A stretch of 64,000 nucleotides of DNA. Source: Octopus vulgaris (Eukaryota). Below are positions 51,621-64,000 of this stretch, in pieces. Position 1 is the stretch's first letter. The number at the start of each line of letters is the position of its first letter. The stretch is taken from contig OX597836.1 in NCBI GenBank assembly GCA_951406725.2, positions 13,888,001-13,952,000 on the forward strand, given 5' to 3'. The position numbers were made by a program, and so were the translations under genes. Under the pieces are notes generated by a model, which was given only the letters and a program-made list of their open reading frames with translations, was not told the DNA's origin and searched no databases.

Positions 51621-52621
51621 ACGTGAAATTCAATTTTGTAGAATCTAACGGTTTTTGTGTGTCTTTTAAATGGCTTATAAACACCTTCCGCGCTGCAATT
51701 GTTTATATATATACCGTATACAAATCGATGTAGTATATAGTGTAAACATTCAAACATATTGATTGTCACAATCTCTGCATGAAATTTTTGGTAGCATGAA
51801 GTCGACTGGTCTGAAAAAGTCGACTCCTACGCCGCGAAATACAGTATAAAATTGTGGGATTTTAGTATCGTTACTCATGGACAATTTACTTTCATTCTTT
51901 CTTCTTATTACAAAAAAACCTAAACGGCATATTAACTTTAATTTGTCCCTTATTTATAAAGTAGGTCGCGGGAGTGATTTAAGGGAGTTATGACTGCTGT
52001 TTCTAGCAGACTGGAAGTGCGACCACGTCCAGGCTCTCTGGTGTATTCATCGCCGTCGTCGTCGCCGTTGTCGATGTTGTTGTTGGAGACGGTAGTTGGG
52101 TATAAAGGAGATGCCAAGCAGCGACGGTGGGTGTGGCATCAGATGATATGCATGAACAAGGAGAGAGAGAGGAAAGGAAGGGGGGGTTATAGAAATCAAC
52201 CAATCATTGCCGCGATAGCGTATGTTGTTTCATATCATCACTTGACACAGCTTGGTTAACAGACAAATATCAAGAATACACCACACCCTCGTCCATCTTC
52301 ACCGTGGGCGGAGCAATGAGCCTTTATAGTTCTTTCTCTCTCTCTCTTTCTCCCTCTCTCTTCCTCGCTTTCTCTGTCCATCACGTCGGCATTTAGTACC
52401 CACCCTCTTCTACATTCCTTCATCACGCTATTATATATGCGTGTGTATGTATGTATGTATGTATGTATGTATGTATGTATGTATGTATGTATGTATGTAT
52501 GTATGTTTGTATGTATGTATGTATGTATGTATGTATGTATGTATGTATGTATGACCTCGTGTGTACCGTTAGCGATTTTTTTTCCTCTGTCTTCCCTTCT
52601 CTGGATCTTTCCTTCTCCTAT

Positions 52622-52656
52622 GTTTCCGACGAAGAGCTCCGCTCGAAACGTTAAAC
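52622..52656 (+). ncRNA. Minimal hammerhead motif (U4C variant)
   Basis: gttt-CCGACGA-a-gagc-tcc-gctc-GAAAC-GTT-aaac, inside a ~205-bp module (52554-52758) flanked by (TATG)n. Confidence 0.6.
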
Positions 52657-53162
52657 CCTCCTTCTTTCCTTCTTTCCTGAGCGTCCAATAATACTATATT
52701 TGTTCCACGTCCTCGCGTTGTTGTGTTTTTTTGTGCTTTCTTGTTTGGATTAACTTCATATATATATATGTGTATATGTGTGTATGTATGTATGTATGTA
52801 TGTATGTATGTATGTATGTATGTATGTATGTATATGTATGTATGTATCTATGTACGTACGTACGTACGCATGCATGCATGCATGTATGTATGTATGTATG
52901 CATGTATGTATGTATGTATGTATGTATGTATATGTATGTATGTATGTATGTATCTATGTACGTACGTACGTACGCATTCATGCATGCATGCATGCATGTA
53001 TGTATGTATGTATGTATGTATGTATGTATGTATGTATGTATGTATGTATGTATGTATGTATGTATGTATGTATGTATGTACGTACGTATGTATGTATGTA
53101 TGTATGTATGTATGTATGTATGTATGTATGTATGTATGTATGTATGTATGTATGTATGTATG

Positions 53163-53193
<31 letters not shown>

Positions 53194-53391
53194 GTATGTA
53201 TGTATGTATGTATGTATGTATGTATGTATGTACGTATGTATGTATGTATGTATGTATGTATGTATGTATGTATGTATGTATGTACGTATGTATGTATGTA
53301 TGTATGTATGTATGTATGTATGTATGTATGTATGTATGTATGTATGTATTCTCATGCATATAGCAGCATATCTAATCATGCTCAAATATAT

Positions 53392-53880
53392 TTAAATGAT
53401 AAACTTCTGGAAAGTTTTACAGATTTTTACAGTTCCAGTGATGGATTGGATCCGTAGTCTTCGAATCAGCTTTCTCCTTTCTGGTTTTGAGAAGCCTAAT
53501 TTCTCAAGATTGTTATTTATGCTGTGTGTTACATATCCCAAGGCCCCAATAATTACAGGTATAAACTTGAACTTGCAATCTGGATAGAGTAACTGCAGAT
53601 CTCTCAATAAGTTCAGCATAGATGCTCTCTTTTTCACTGATCTCTAAGTTTATGTTTAACATCGACTGGGCAGCTAATTTCCACAACTGTACACAGTTTC
53701 TCTTCTCAATCCCAAATCATTATGTCAGGTCTGTTGTGCCTACATTTTATTGAGGTCTTCACTGGGACATTCCACCAGTATTCCTTTTTATTATGAGTGG
53801 GTATGGCTTCTACCATACTGTGGGTTCTTATTTCTTTGTCTTCGGGGTTATCCTTCCGACGTATTTCATTATAGAGTATC
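53392..53880 (-). mobile_element. R4/Dong-type LINE RLE domain fragment
   Basis: YWWNVPVKTSIKCRHNRPDIMIWD and LLRDLQLLYPDCKFKFIPVIIGALG. Confidence 0.85.
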
Positions 53881-54103
53881 CTATGTATGTATGTATGTAT
53901 GTATGTATGTATGTATGTATGTATGTATGTATGTATGTATGTATGTATGTATGTATGTACGTACGTACGTATGTATGTATGTATGCATGTATGTGTGTGT
54001 GTATGTATGTATGTGTGTATGTATGTATGTATATATGTATGCAACCAGGCATGCATGTCTATATTTATGCTTTTGTGTGTGTGTGACTGTGTGTATAAGT
54101 CAT

Positions 54104-54213
<110 letters not shown>

Positions 54214-54259
54214 TGTATGTATGTATGTATGTATGTATGTATACACACACACACATACA

Positions 54260-54421
54260 GGCGTAGGAGTGGCTATGTGGTAAGCAGCTTGCTTACCAAC
54301 TACATGGTTCCAGGTTCGTTCTCACTACGCGGCACCTTGGCCAAGTGTCTTCTGCTATAGCCTCGGGCCGACCAAAGCCTTGTGGGTGGATTTGGTAGAC
54401 GGAAACTGAAGGAAGCCCGTC

Positions 54422-54507
<86 letters not shown>

Positions 54508-54731
54508 GTGTGTATATGTTTGTGTGTCTGTGTTTGTCCCCCACCCACCCAAACATCACTTGACAACCGATGCTGGTGTGTTTACGTCCCCGCAACTTAG
54601 CGGTTCGGCAAAATAGACTGATAGAATAAATACTAGGCTTACAACGAATAGATCTTGGAGTCGATTTGCTCGACTAAAGGCGGTGCTCCAGCATGACCGC
54701 AATCAAATGACTGAAACAGAAGAAATAAAAG
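54260..54731 (+). mobile_element. SINE family A, full-length
   Basis: Matches the family consensus. Confidence 0.9.
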
Positions 54732-54828
54732 AAAAAACATGTGTATACATTTCTCTATATACGAAACCTCTGTGTGTGTGTGTGCACGTGCGCGCATGTA
54801 TATATATTTGTTTTATTTAATAAATTGT

Positions 54829-54873
<45 letters not shown>

Positions 54874-54977
54874 GAGAGAGAGAGAGAGAGGGGGTGGAGA
54901 GAGAAAGATGTACACACACAATTCATACATACATATATATACACAGACATACACACTCATACACACACATAGCTTAA

Positions 54978-55008
<31 letters not shown>

Positions 55009-55468
55009 TGTATGTTTATACAAGTGCTTGGAATGTTCATTCTTTCAGTAATTGTTGTTGTTGTTTCATTGCTCATACGATGGCTGATGGTGGTGGTGGT
55101 GGTGGTGGTTGTGGTGGTGGTGGTGGTGGTGGTGGTGGTGGTGGTGGTGGTGATGGTGGTTGTGGTGGTGGTGGTGGTGGTGGTGGTGGTGGTGGTGAAG
55201 AAGAAGTCAGTGAGATGCAACGGGGAAGATGATGCGATGGGCGGGACACGTTGTGCGAAGCGGTTTGTGTTGTATGTTGCGGTGGTGGGCGTGTGTTGTG
55301 GGTTCGTTGGTGTGTGTGTTAGTACAAGAGACGAAATGATTGGGTGCTACATGCGTGTGTATGTGTGTGTGTATGTGTGTATGGATGTGTGAATGCGCGT
55401 ACATGTATGTTTGTCTGTGTGCATATGTTTACGTGTATATCTGTTTTTGTGTGTGTGTGTATGTGTGT

Positions 55469-55513
<45 letters not shown>

Positions 55514-55619
55514 GATGTGTGGATGCGCGTACATGTATGTTTGTCTGTGTGCATATATTTACGTGTATATCTGTTTTTGTGTGTGTGTGTGTGCGTGAAT
55601 GTATATACATGTAAATTGC

Positions 55620-55664
<45 letters not shown>

Positions 55665-55726
55665 ACATATTTGTGTCTGTGTATGTTTTTTTTGTTGTTG
55701 TTTGTTTCCCACCCACCCACCCAGTG

Positions 55727-55791
55727 ATTGGTTGATCGGTATCTAACCCGTCACATATTCTACACCACTTCCGCTCTACCGCGTATATAAA
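55727..55791 (+). promoter_or_regulatory. Candidate GPx core promoter (inverted CCAAT plus TATA box)
   Basis: ATTGG at 55727 and TATATAAA at 55784, in CpG-containing unique sequence about 670 bp upstream of the ATG. Confidence 0.5.
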
Positions 55792-56453
55792 CCCCTGTCA
55801 CCATCGATCGGACGTTAGATCTCTCACAAGCAGCGAACCAGCTCGCTGCCCGCTTTTTCTCTCTCTCTCTCTCTATAGATATATATGTGTTAATAATTAT
55901 ATATTTACATCAACGTTACTAATACCATTAGTATTACCGCTGTTTTAATTGTTGCTGGTGTAGGTGGTGTTGGAGTTGGTGGTGGTGGTGGCGGTAGTTG
56001 TTGCCGCCGCCGCCGCCGCCGTCGGAGTCTTTAACTGAGGTCGGGGGGGAAGCTGATTAAAAAAGTGCGAGGAAGGATTTTAATTCGGAATTTTTAATTA
56101 AGCATCCCCAGCTTGCAAAAAAGGGACAAAAGGATCAGCTGAACTCTACCCTACTCTCACCCCCTATTTCTTACCGCCGTTTTTCTTGGAACTTTTGGAA
56201 GGGAAGGATACCTTAGCAAGCTTGATATAGCTTACTTGGGATATCTTTTTGGATGAATTGAGACACCCTGGACCTCACGCTGCTCCTAAATTTCCTCCCT
56301 GTACTAACCCCTATACTGAGCTCTTTTCTGGCCCCGATTTCCTTCGATTCGGCCCCAGCATCGACCAGTGTTACGATTTTTACTTCGCTACCCAGGACGC
56401 CGATCGCAGCCCCACCGTCGCTGCAGTTACCACAAATTCTTAGTTACGAAACG

Positions 56454-56888
56454 ATGGTCGGATCGCTAACTGCAAGCATGGAACCATCCAAGCTGATGTT
56501 TTTGTCACATCTAGTGGCAAGTTTCTTGTCGATTTCTCTGTGTGAAGGTTTTTTCATCACCTCCGGTCTAACCGAGGAAATGACCACGCGCCAGAACCAC
56601 GTCCACAATCATGGTCACGGCCACGGACACCTGAAACTGCACAGGAGCACCAACTTTCTCACCTGTTACCAATCTGACAACCACAGCTCGTCTCTGTACG
56701 ATTACAAATCGTACGACATCCACGGGGTCGAGGAAATACCTCTGTCAATTTACAGGGATAAGGTATTGCTTATCGTGAATGTAGCCAGTTTCTGAGGGGC
56801 AACCCCCCAATATTTAGCAATGAATGCACTACAAAAAGAATTTAAAGATTTTCATATTTTAGGATTTCCTTGTAACCAATTCTGGTTG
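56454..56888 (+). CDS. Selenocysteine glutathione peroxidase, first coding exon (secreted type); remaining exons not found in the window
   Basis: Reads through TGA 56793-56795: [49 protein letters not shown], then donor GTGAGT at 56889 (phase 0). Hydrophobic signal-like N-terminus. Alternative start at ATG 56478. Confidence 0.92.
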
Positions 56889-56982
56889 GTGAGTAGACCA
56901 AACCCTTTTTTTTAATCTTTTCATTTCATGCGTTGGTTGCTTTTGTTTTCATAGTTATTATTATTATTTTTTTTTATTATTC

Positions 56983-57820
56983 TGGCAGAATCGTTAGAAT
57001 GCCGTGAAAAATGTTGAACGGTATTTTGGCCGTCATAATGTTCTGAATTCAAATTCCGTTGAGGTCGACTTTGCCTTCCATCCTTTCAGGGTTGATAAAT
57101 TAAGTACCAGTTACGCACTGGGGTCGATGTAATCGACTTGATCCGTTTGTCTGTCCTTGTTTGTCCTCTCTGTGTTTAGCCCCTTGTGGATAGTAAAGAA
57201 ATAGGTATTTCGTCTGTCGCTACGTTCTGAGTTCAAATTCTGCCGAGGTCGACTTTGACTTTCATCCTTTCGGGGTCGATAAATTAAGTACCAGTTACGC
57301 ACTGGGGTCGATATAATCGACTTGATCCGTTTGTCTGTCCTTGTTTGTCCCCTCTGTGTTTAGCCCCTTGTGGGTAGTAAAGAAATAGGTATTTTGGCCG
57401 TCATTATGTTCTGAGTTCAAATTCTGCCGAGGTCGACTTTGCCTTCCATCCTTTCGGGGTCGATAAATTAAGTACCAGTTACGCACTGGGGTCGATGTAA
57501 TCAACAATTCATCTCCCCTACAAGCTTCAGGCCTTGAGAACCTTTAATAGAAAGGATTGTTGTTGTTGTTGCTGTTGTTGTTGTTGTTGTTGCTGTTGCT
57601 GTTGTCGTTGTTGTAAAGGCGGTGAGCTGGCACAATCGTTAGCACGCCAGGCAAAATGCTTATCGCTATATCGTCTGCCGCTACGTTCTGAGTTCAAACT
57701 CGACTTTGCATTTCAAGCCTTTCGAGGTCGATAGATTAAGTACCAATTGAGTACTGGGGTCGATGTAATCGACTATCCCCCCTCCCTACAAATTTCAGGC
57801 CTTGCACTTCCGCAAGGAAG
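56983..57820 (+). mobile_element. SINE family B tandem trimer plus a further monomer in the GPx intron
   Basis: GGTATTT unit starts at 57021, 57204 and 57388; separate copy 57618-57820. Confidence 0.88.
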
Positions 57821-57824
57821 GATT

Positions 57825-57856
<32 letters not shown>

Positions 57857-58197
57857 TTGCTATCATGTTCTTAAGAATGAAATCAACCTTTCTGTCTATA
57901 TATCTACCCTCTTTATAATGTTAGCAAATGAAATAGAGATAAGAATGTGCTTTGTCCGTTTAACTAAAAAAATTCTATATGTGGCTGAAGATTGCTCGAC
58001 ATTTTAAAACTGATGTAATACTTACAGTGTTTAATAAAATGAAGTAGCATGAAACAATTGTACCACTCTACCTCGGATATACTTGTTGCTTATTTTGATT
58101 ATAATCACTCCCATTTGATTTATATGGATAATACCACACAAAATTCTGGTGCCTTTGACTTAAGTACCATATTCATCTGAATGTAAATTTTGCTGAA

Positions 58198-58288
<91 letters not shown>

Positions 58289-58316
58289 CTGGCTATATAT
58301 ATATATATATATACGA

Positions 58317-58422
<106 letters not shown>

Positions 58423-58809
58423 CATATATACGACTGGCTTCTTTCAGTTTCCGTCAAGCAAATCCACTCACAAGGCTTTGGTTGTCCTGAGGCTATAGTA
58501 GAAGTTACTTGCCCAAGGTGCTACGCTGTGGGACTGAACCCGGAACCATGTAGTTCGTAAGCAAGCTACTTACCACACAGCCAAGAGAATTTTTTTTTTT
58601 TTTTTTTTTTTGTTATTTCAAGGAATGCTGAATATGTCAAAATCAGTGTATTTTAGAAAGTTGTACCGCATCATGAACTGAACAATACGTACATTTTTTT
58701 ATCCAATGACACTGATCTCATTTCAAAGTGAAATTTAGGTTTTTTTTATATATTGTTTTTGATGTCTGCTTCCCAAGTTGAACTTGTTTCTTCATAACTT
58801 TCTGAAGCT

Positions 58810-59215
58810 AAACATAGAGGGGGCTACACACAGAGGGGACAAACAAGGACAGACAAACGGATTAAGTCGATTACATCGTCCCCAGTGTATAACTGGTCTT
58901 ATTTAATCGACCCCGAAAGGATGAAAGGCAAAGTCGACCTCGGCGGAATTTGAACTCAGAACGTAACGGCAGACGAAATACCTATTTCTTTATTACCCAC
59001 AAGGGGCAAAACACAGAGAGGATAAACAAGGACAGACAAACGGATTAAGTCGATTATATCGACCCCAGTGCGTAACTGGTACTTAATTTATCGGCCTCGA
59101 AAGAAAGAAAGGCAAAGTCGACCTCGGCGGAATTTGAACTCAGAACGTAACTGCAGACGAAATACCGCTAAGCATTTCGCCCGGCATGCTAACGTTTCTG
59201 CCAGATCGCCGCCTT
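58810..59215 (-). mobile_element. SINE family B tandem dimer
   Basis: Two bodies and one head ending ...GCCAGATCGCCGCC. Confidence 0.88.
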
Positions 59216-59370
59216 AAACCACTTTATTTGGGTAAAGATTTCGCCTTCAAAGAGAAACGGATGGAAAAGTAAATACTTAACGAATACTAAATACAACAAT
59301 AATAAAGATATTGAAATTTTACATTAGAAATATTTAAGACCTTTAGCATTCAGGTTTCTCTGTCAAATGT

Positions 59371-59685
59371 CACCGTGATCACCGTGACTGACCAGGCTAT
59401 CAGATGTTGCTACACATCGCTGGTCACAATGCGCTTCGCATTGTTTTAGCCTTCAAATGACACTACCCCGCTGGCTAAGCGAGCAGGCCCACAGAAGAAA
59501 GAGTGAGAGAAAGTTGTGGTGAAAGAGTACAGCAGGGATCACCACCATCCCCTGCCGGAGCTTCGTGGAGCTTTTAGGTGTTTTTGCTCAATAAACACTC
59601 ACAACGCCCGGTCTAGGAATCGAAACCGCGATCCGATCCTACGACCGCGAGTCCGCTGCCCTACCCACTAGGCCATTGCGCCTCC
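59371..59685 (-). mobile_element. SINE family C head with an alternative 3' tail, with TSD
   Basis: Head and body match 11626-11810, then a different tail. TSD CTGTCAAATGT at 59360 and 59686. Confidence 0.85.
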
Positions 59686-60107
59686 CTGTCAAATGTAATG
59701 CTTATTTATTCACATTGTTCCGAATTAATTAGGCTTTATCTCAACGCTTCGAGATGTCGATGATATATATGATAGTTTTATTTTCGTACGACATAGCAGA
59801 GTAGGCGCGCAAGGATGATCTGACCAGTCTGAACATAAAACGGGTCAATGATCGGGCAGGATATGACCGGTTTAAATGCTAAATATTTTGAATTGAATGT
59901 CAGAATTGTAGGTGCTGGCACAGTAATGTACCGGTTCCAGTTTGCTTGCTTGTCCTCATCTATGGGCAAGGCAGTGCGGAACTGTAGCACCCCTTATTTC
60001 CAATCGATATTATCGAAAACATTCAATATAATGAGTCCTTTTTTTTTCGTTGATTCTTTTTTTATACAGTACTATCTTTAAGAGATGAGGAATTACGTAC
60101 ATTATTT

Positions 60108-60365
60108 ACATTATTTACATTTGACGGGCATATGGCGTAGTGGTTAAGAGCGCGGGCTACTAACCCCAAGATTCCGAGTTCGATTCCAGGCAGTGACCTG
60201 AATAATAATAATAATAATAATAATATCAAAAAATACCTTAGGAAGGAGAACCCAGGTTCGAAATTTCCCCAAGACACCTGAAGATAGCTGGAGGGTATAT
60301 CAGCCGAAACGTTGTATTAACAACAAACAAGATGAGGACAAATATCCGTCAAATGTATATAATGT
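60108..60365 (+). mobile_element. tRNA-headed short element with hammerhead-containing tail and inverted end
   Basis: A-box TGGCGTAGTGG (60133), B-box GAGTTCGATTCC (60176), (AAT)n, hammerhead motif 60274-60317, 20-bp inverted ends. Confidence 0.7.
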
Positions 60366-61516
60366 CTTTCTTTATACTTGTACATTACATAATCTTTGAG
60401 CTTAATGTCAGTAACCATCCCCTGGTTTATGAAAAAAATACAAAAATCCTTGTATAGAATTGTGCGCTTCACAGTTCCAGTGATGCGGTGTTTGGCTGTT
60501 GTGCGCATGCTCGGGAAAGAGAGCGCTGTTGTTCACGCAGTGCCGACTCCGGTGTGCGAGTGAAAGGTAGTCCTTCTTTTTGACTCCGCATATGTTGTAC
60601 TTAAAAACGCATTTATATTCTTGAATCTGGTAAAGTATAGAATTAGATTATCATCCCGCTTCCAGGATTTGAAAAATAGGGCAGATTTTCACCGCCTTAT
60701 TTTCTGATTTAGGGGGCATTTTTGAAAAACAAGGGGGAATTCGCGGCGGTGTTCAGTGAACAAATTAAACACACTACTCAGCAGTGGCTAAAACGTGAAC
60801 CGATCAAGTTTATGTATAAATTTTCTTTTTATATGAGTGTTTCCTTGGTAGGATTGTTATCTATCTCTGTGTGATCTCTGCACTTGTTGGGTGCTTCACA
60901 TTTTCCCCTACAATGTTGTAGAAAGGAATAAAACAGGAACACCTTTTACACAATATTAAAACAACGAGTAAAAAATTTTCTGAAGCAGCAACCCCTCTAG
61001 TTTTATCAACGAACCGCCACTGGTCATGAATGTTGGGCAATAACCGGAAGAATACGATCGCGAATAGAAGGGGCCGAAATGGGGTTCGACCGAAGGGTGC
61101 GTAGCTCAGGGATTAGGGACTCTCTCCAAGTCGAGCAGCTAACTTTCCGCACTGAGAGGTCGCAGCTCCTGTACTACAAACATGGGATAAGAATGTGATG
61201 GGAAAGGATCACAATACGGGTTTCTTGAAGCCAGGCTAACCGGCAGGAGACCAAGAAGAAGACGTTTGGATAACATGCATAGTCTCAGTTGAGCACTCTT
61301 GGGAATCCTGCAGAAAAGTGTAATGATGGTTGCTTCTGATAGGACTCTATGGCGGAAGAGATACCTGAGATCGCTATCTCTATGACTGGCATGTGCTCTA
61401 GCGGTAGACAAGGAACAAGACGGTTCGATAATATCCAGTCTAAGTTGGCCACGCTTCGGAATCCAGCCGGAAAGCGTAATGATGGTTTATTCTGATAGGA
61501 CCCTATGGAAGGGGTA

Positions 61517-61899
61517 GGAGGCGCAATAGCCCAGTGGTTAGGGCAGCGGAGTCGCAGTCATAGGATCGCGGTTTCGATTCCCAGACCGGGCGTTGTGAGT
61601 GTTTATTGAGCGAAAACACCTAGAGCTCCACGAAGCTCCGGCAGGGGATGGAGGTGATCCCTGCTGTACTCTTTCACCACAACTTTCTCTCACTCTTTCT
61701 TCCTGTTTCTGTTGTACCTGTATTTCAAAGGGCCGGCCTTGTCACTCTCTGTGTCACGCTGAATATCCCCGAGAACTACGTTAAGGGTGCATGTGTCTGT
61801 GGAGTGCTCAGCCACTTACACGTTAATTTCCTGAGCAGGCTGTTCCGTTGATTCGGATCAACCGGAACCCTCGTCGTTGTAACCGACGGAGTGCTTCCA
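61517..61899 (+). mobile_element. SINE family C, full-length with TSD
   Basis: TSD ATGGAAGGGGT at 61505 and 61903. Confidence 0.9.
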
Positions 61900-62461
61900 T
61901 CCATGGAAGGGGTTCCTAAGGACTCTACCGCCACGATCCTCCCAGAATGATGAATGGGAAATATTTCGGCGAGCTTTCGTACTTGGTACGTTTAATATGG
62001 CGGAAAAAGAGTAATTCAAAACTGTACCGATTTGGAAATGAAAGAAAGATGCGAATTTTAAAGTGTGTATGTGTTTTTGTGTTTACGCTCGAACGATTTG
62101 GCCTCACAACTGCCCTGGGACAGTTATTTAATTATCCAGCCCCGGAAAGATGAAAAGCAAAGTTGACCACGGCGGGATGTGAACCCAGAACAGAAAGATC
62201 CGGAAGAAATACCTCAGGGCATTTTGTCCGACTTTCGAACGATTCTGCTAGCTCTCCGGCTTTTTGTCGCTTCTGGTACAAGAACAGCGATTTTGAAGGG
62301 AAGAGGAATAGTCGATACCATTGACTCCACTACGTGGCTAGTTCTATATATGACCCTTAGAGGAATAAAAAAAAAAAACTTGTTTCAGCAGGGACTTGAA
62401 CTCGCGACGTGAAAAAGCTGGAACAAACAAATGTCAAGGCTTTTTCTCAGACACTTCAATG

Positions 62462-62629
62462 CACTAGCGTAGCTAGGCTGGGGGCGGTAGGGGCGGTCGG
62501 CCCCGGGTGGCACTTTTAAAGGGGCAGCACTTTGGGGTTTGCTTTAGGCAATATATATATTTTTGTGGCATCCCGGGGCGACAAACGGAAGGGTCACCCC
62601 GGGTGGCACACAGTCTAGCTGCGCTAGTG
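62462..62629. mobile_element. hAT-type MITE
   Basis: TIR CACTAGCGTAGCTAG / CTAGCTGCGCTAGTG, subterminal CCCCGGGTGGCAC, degenerate 8-bp TSD CTTCAATG/CTCCAACG. Confidence 0.8.
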
Positions 62630-62863
62630 CTCCAACGATTCAGTTAATCTCCTCCCCACCCACGCACCTCCTATGCTTTAAAGTTTTGAAATAATATAAA
62701 TAGAATTATATCAATAAAAGAGATGTTAGGAGACTAAACTGACCTCGGCGGAATTTGAACCCTAAACATAGATGTAAGAAAACTAAAAATACTTTCCACC
62801 ACTCCAACGAGTTCAAAGTCAGAATTGGGTCAAATTTTGGCACTTATCGTGCATTTTTTAAAT

Positions 62864-62929
<66 letters not shown>

Positions 62930-63022
62930 CATCTCTCTCCCCTCTTTCTCTCACTGTTCTCTCTCTTTCTCTCCCTATCTATCCGCCTCTCTACCCCTTC
63001 CTTCTCTCTTTCTCTTCTTCCG

Positions 63023-63068
<46 letters not shown>

Positions 63069-63493
63069 CCTTTCCCTGTATTCCTCTAAATCAGGGGTCG
63101 CCAAACCTTTTTCGACCATCGACCCCCTTTAACCACTTCTCCTTCCGCATCGACCTCCCTCCTCATTTAAAATACCTTAATACCCTTCCCTACCGCACCA
63201 TCTCTTAAATGCGTACCCGGTGCTGATGCTGGCAATTAAGATACCAGCTAAAATATACATCTACAACAAATTAAGAAATTCTATTGAAGGGAACACATTT
63301 CTTCAGGGCCGGATTAAGACCCATCGAGGCCCTAAGCACTTAAAAGATTTTGGTGCCTCCACAAACCATAAAATAAATTTTTATTTTCCAAAACGAAACA
63401 AAACAGTAAAAGGGGGAAATAATGTCTATTTTTGTATATTTCCACTTTATTCATATTTGAAAAGCTTTCTTCTATTTTTTTGAATTGCAAAGT

Positions 63494-63915
63494 CTTTACT
63501 CTTTTACTCTTTTACTTGTTTCAGTCATTTGACTGCGGCCATGCAGAGGCACCGCCTTTAGTCGAGCAAATCGACCACGGAACTTATTCTTTGTAAGCCC
63601 AGTACTTATTCTATCGGTCTCTTTTTGCCGAACCGCTAAGTTACGGGGACGTAAACACACCAGCATCGGTTATCAAGCAATGGTAGGGGGACAAACACAG
63701 ACACACAAACATATACACACACACACACATGCATATATATATACATATATACGACAGGCTTCTTTCAGTTTCCCTCTACCAAATCCACTCACAAGGCTTT
63801 GGTCGGCCCGGGGCTATAGCAGAAGACACTTGCCCAAGATGCCATGCAGCGGGACTGAACCCGGAACCATGTGGTTCGTAAGCATGCTACTTACCACACA
63901 GCTACTCCTGCGCCT
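63494..63915 (-). mobile_element. SINE family A, full-length
   Basis: Matches the family consensus. Confidence 0.9.
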
Positions 63916-64000
63916 ATCAGATCCTCAAAATTAATCTTAAGTAACATATCTGCACCTATACTTAGTAGAGATAAAGGCATACTGAGTATTGTTTTAGCAA

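Noticed and set aside
55380-55595. 130-bp tandem duplication upstream of GPx
   Set aside because: Slippage-type duplication inside (TG)n; no evidence of function.
56249-56443. 64-aa ORF upstream of GPx
   Set aside because: TTG start, no recognisable homology, stops before the GPx ATG; likely 5' UTR.
60127-60198. Functional tRNA with ACT anticodon
   Set aside because: Acceptor and anticodon stems are imperfect and it is fused to a repeat tail; treated as a SINE head. The same applies to the tRNA-like heads at 11626 and 61517.
61139-61430. Possible LINE ORF fragment
   Set aside because: Coding-like, but no motif I can assign with confidence.

Overview
Eukaryotic, AT-rich, microsatellite-saturated genomic DNA. 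The SINE repertoire and repeat landscape resemble an octopus (coleoid cephalopod); that assignment is inferred from pattern recognition, not a search. Two protein-coding genes are supportable: a WD40/coiled-coil CFAP57 (WDR65) orthologue with an uninterrupted 1255-aa ORF (6390-10157, +) and an RFX X-box upstream, and the first coding exon of a secreted selenocysteine glutathione peroxidase (56454-56888, +; in-frame TGA at 56793). The rest is tRNA-derived SINEs, Tc1/mariner and hAT relics, Helitron ends, and fragments of Penelope-like, R4/Dong, CR1, RTE and HERO-like retroelements. The most notable signal is RNA-structural. At least ten conventional type I hammerhead-ribozyme motifs sit in short modules, mostly inserted in microsatellites. 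Separately, a four-helix double-pseudoknot motif recurs in four families with largely unrelated sequence (50468-50579, 22183-22313, 43546-43664/12781-12838, 26591-26661). It carries the hammerhead core elements (NUH, GAAA, CUGANGA) in a strand order that fits none of types I/II/III, making it a candidate knotted hammerhead of retroelement 3' UTRs. All structures were folded by eye and no activity is demonstrated.
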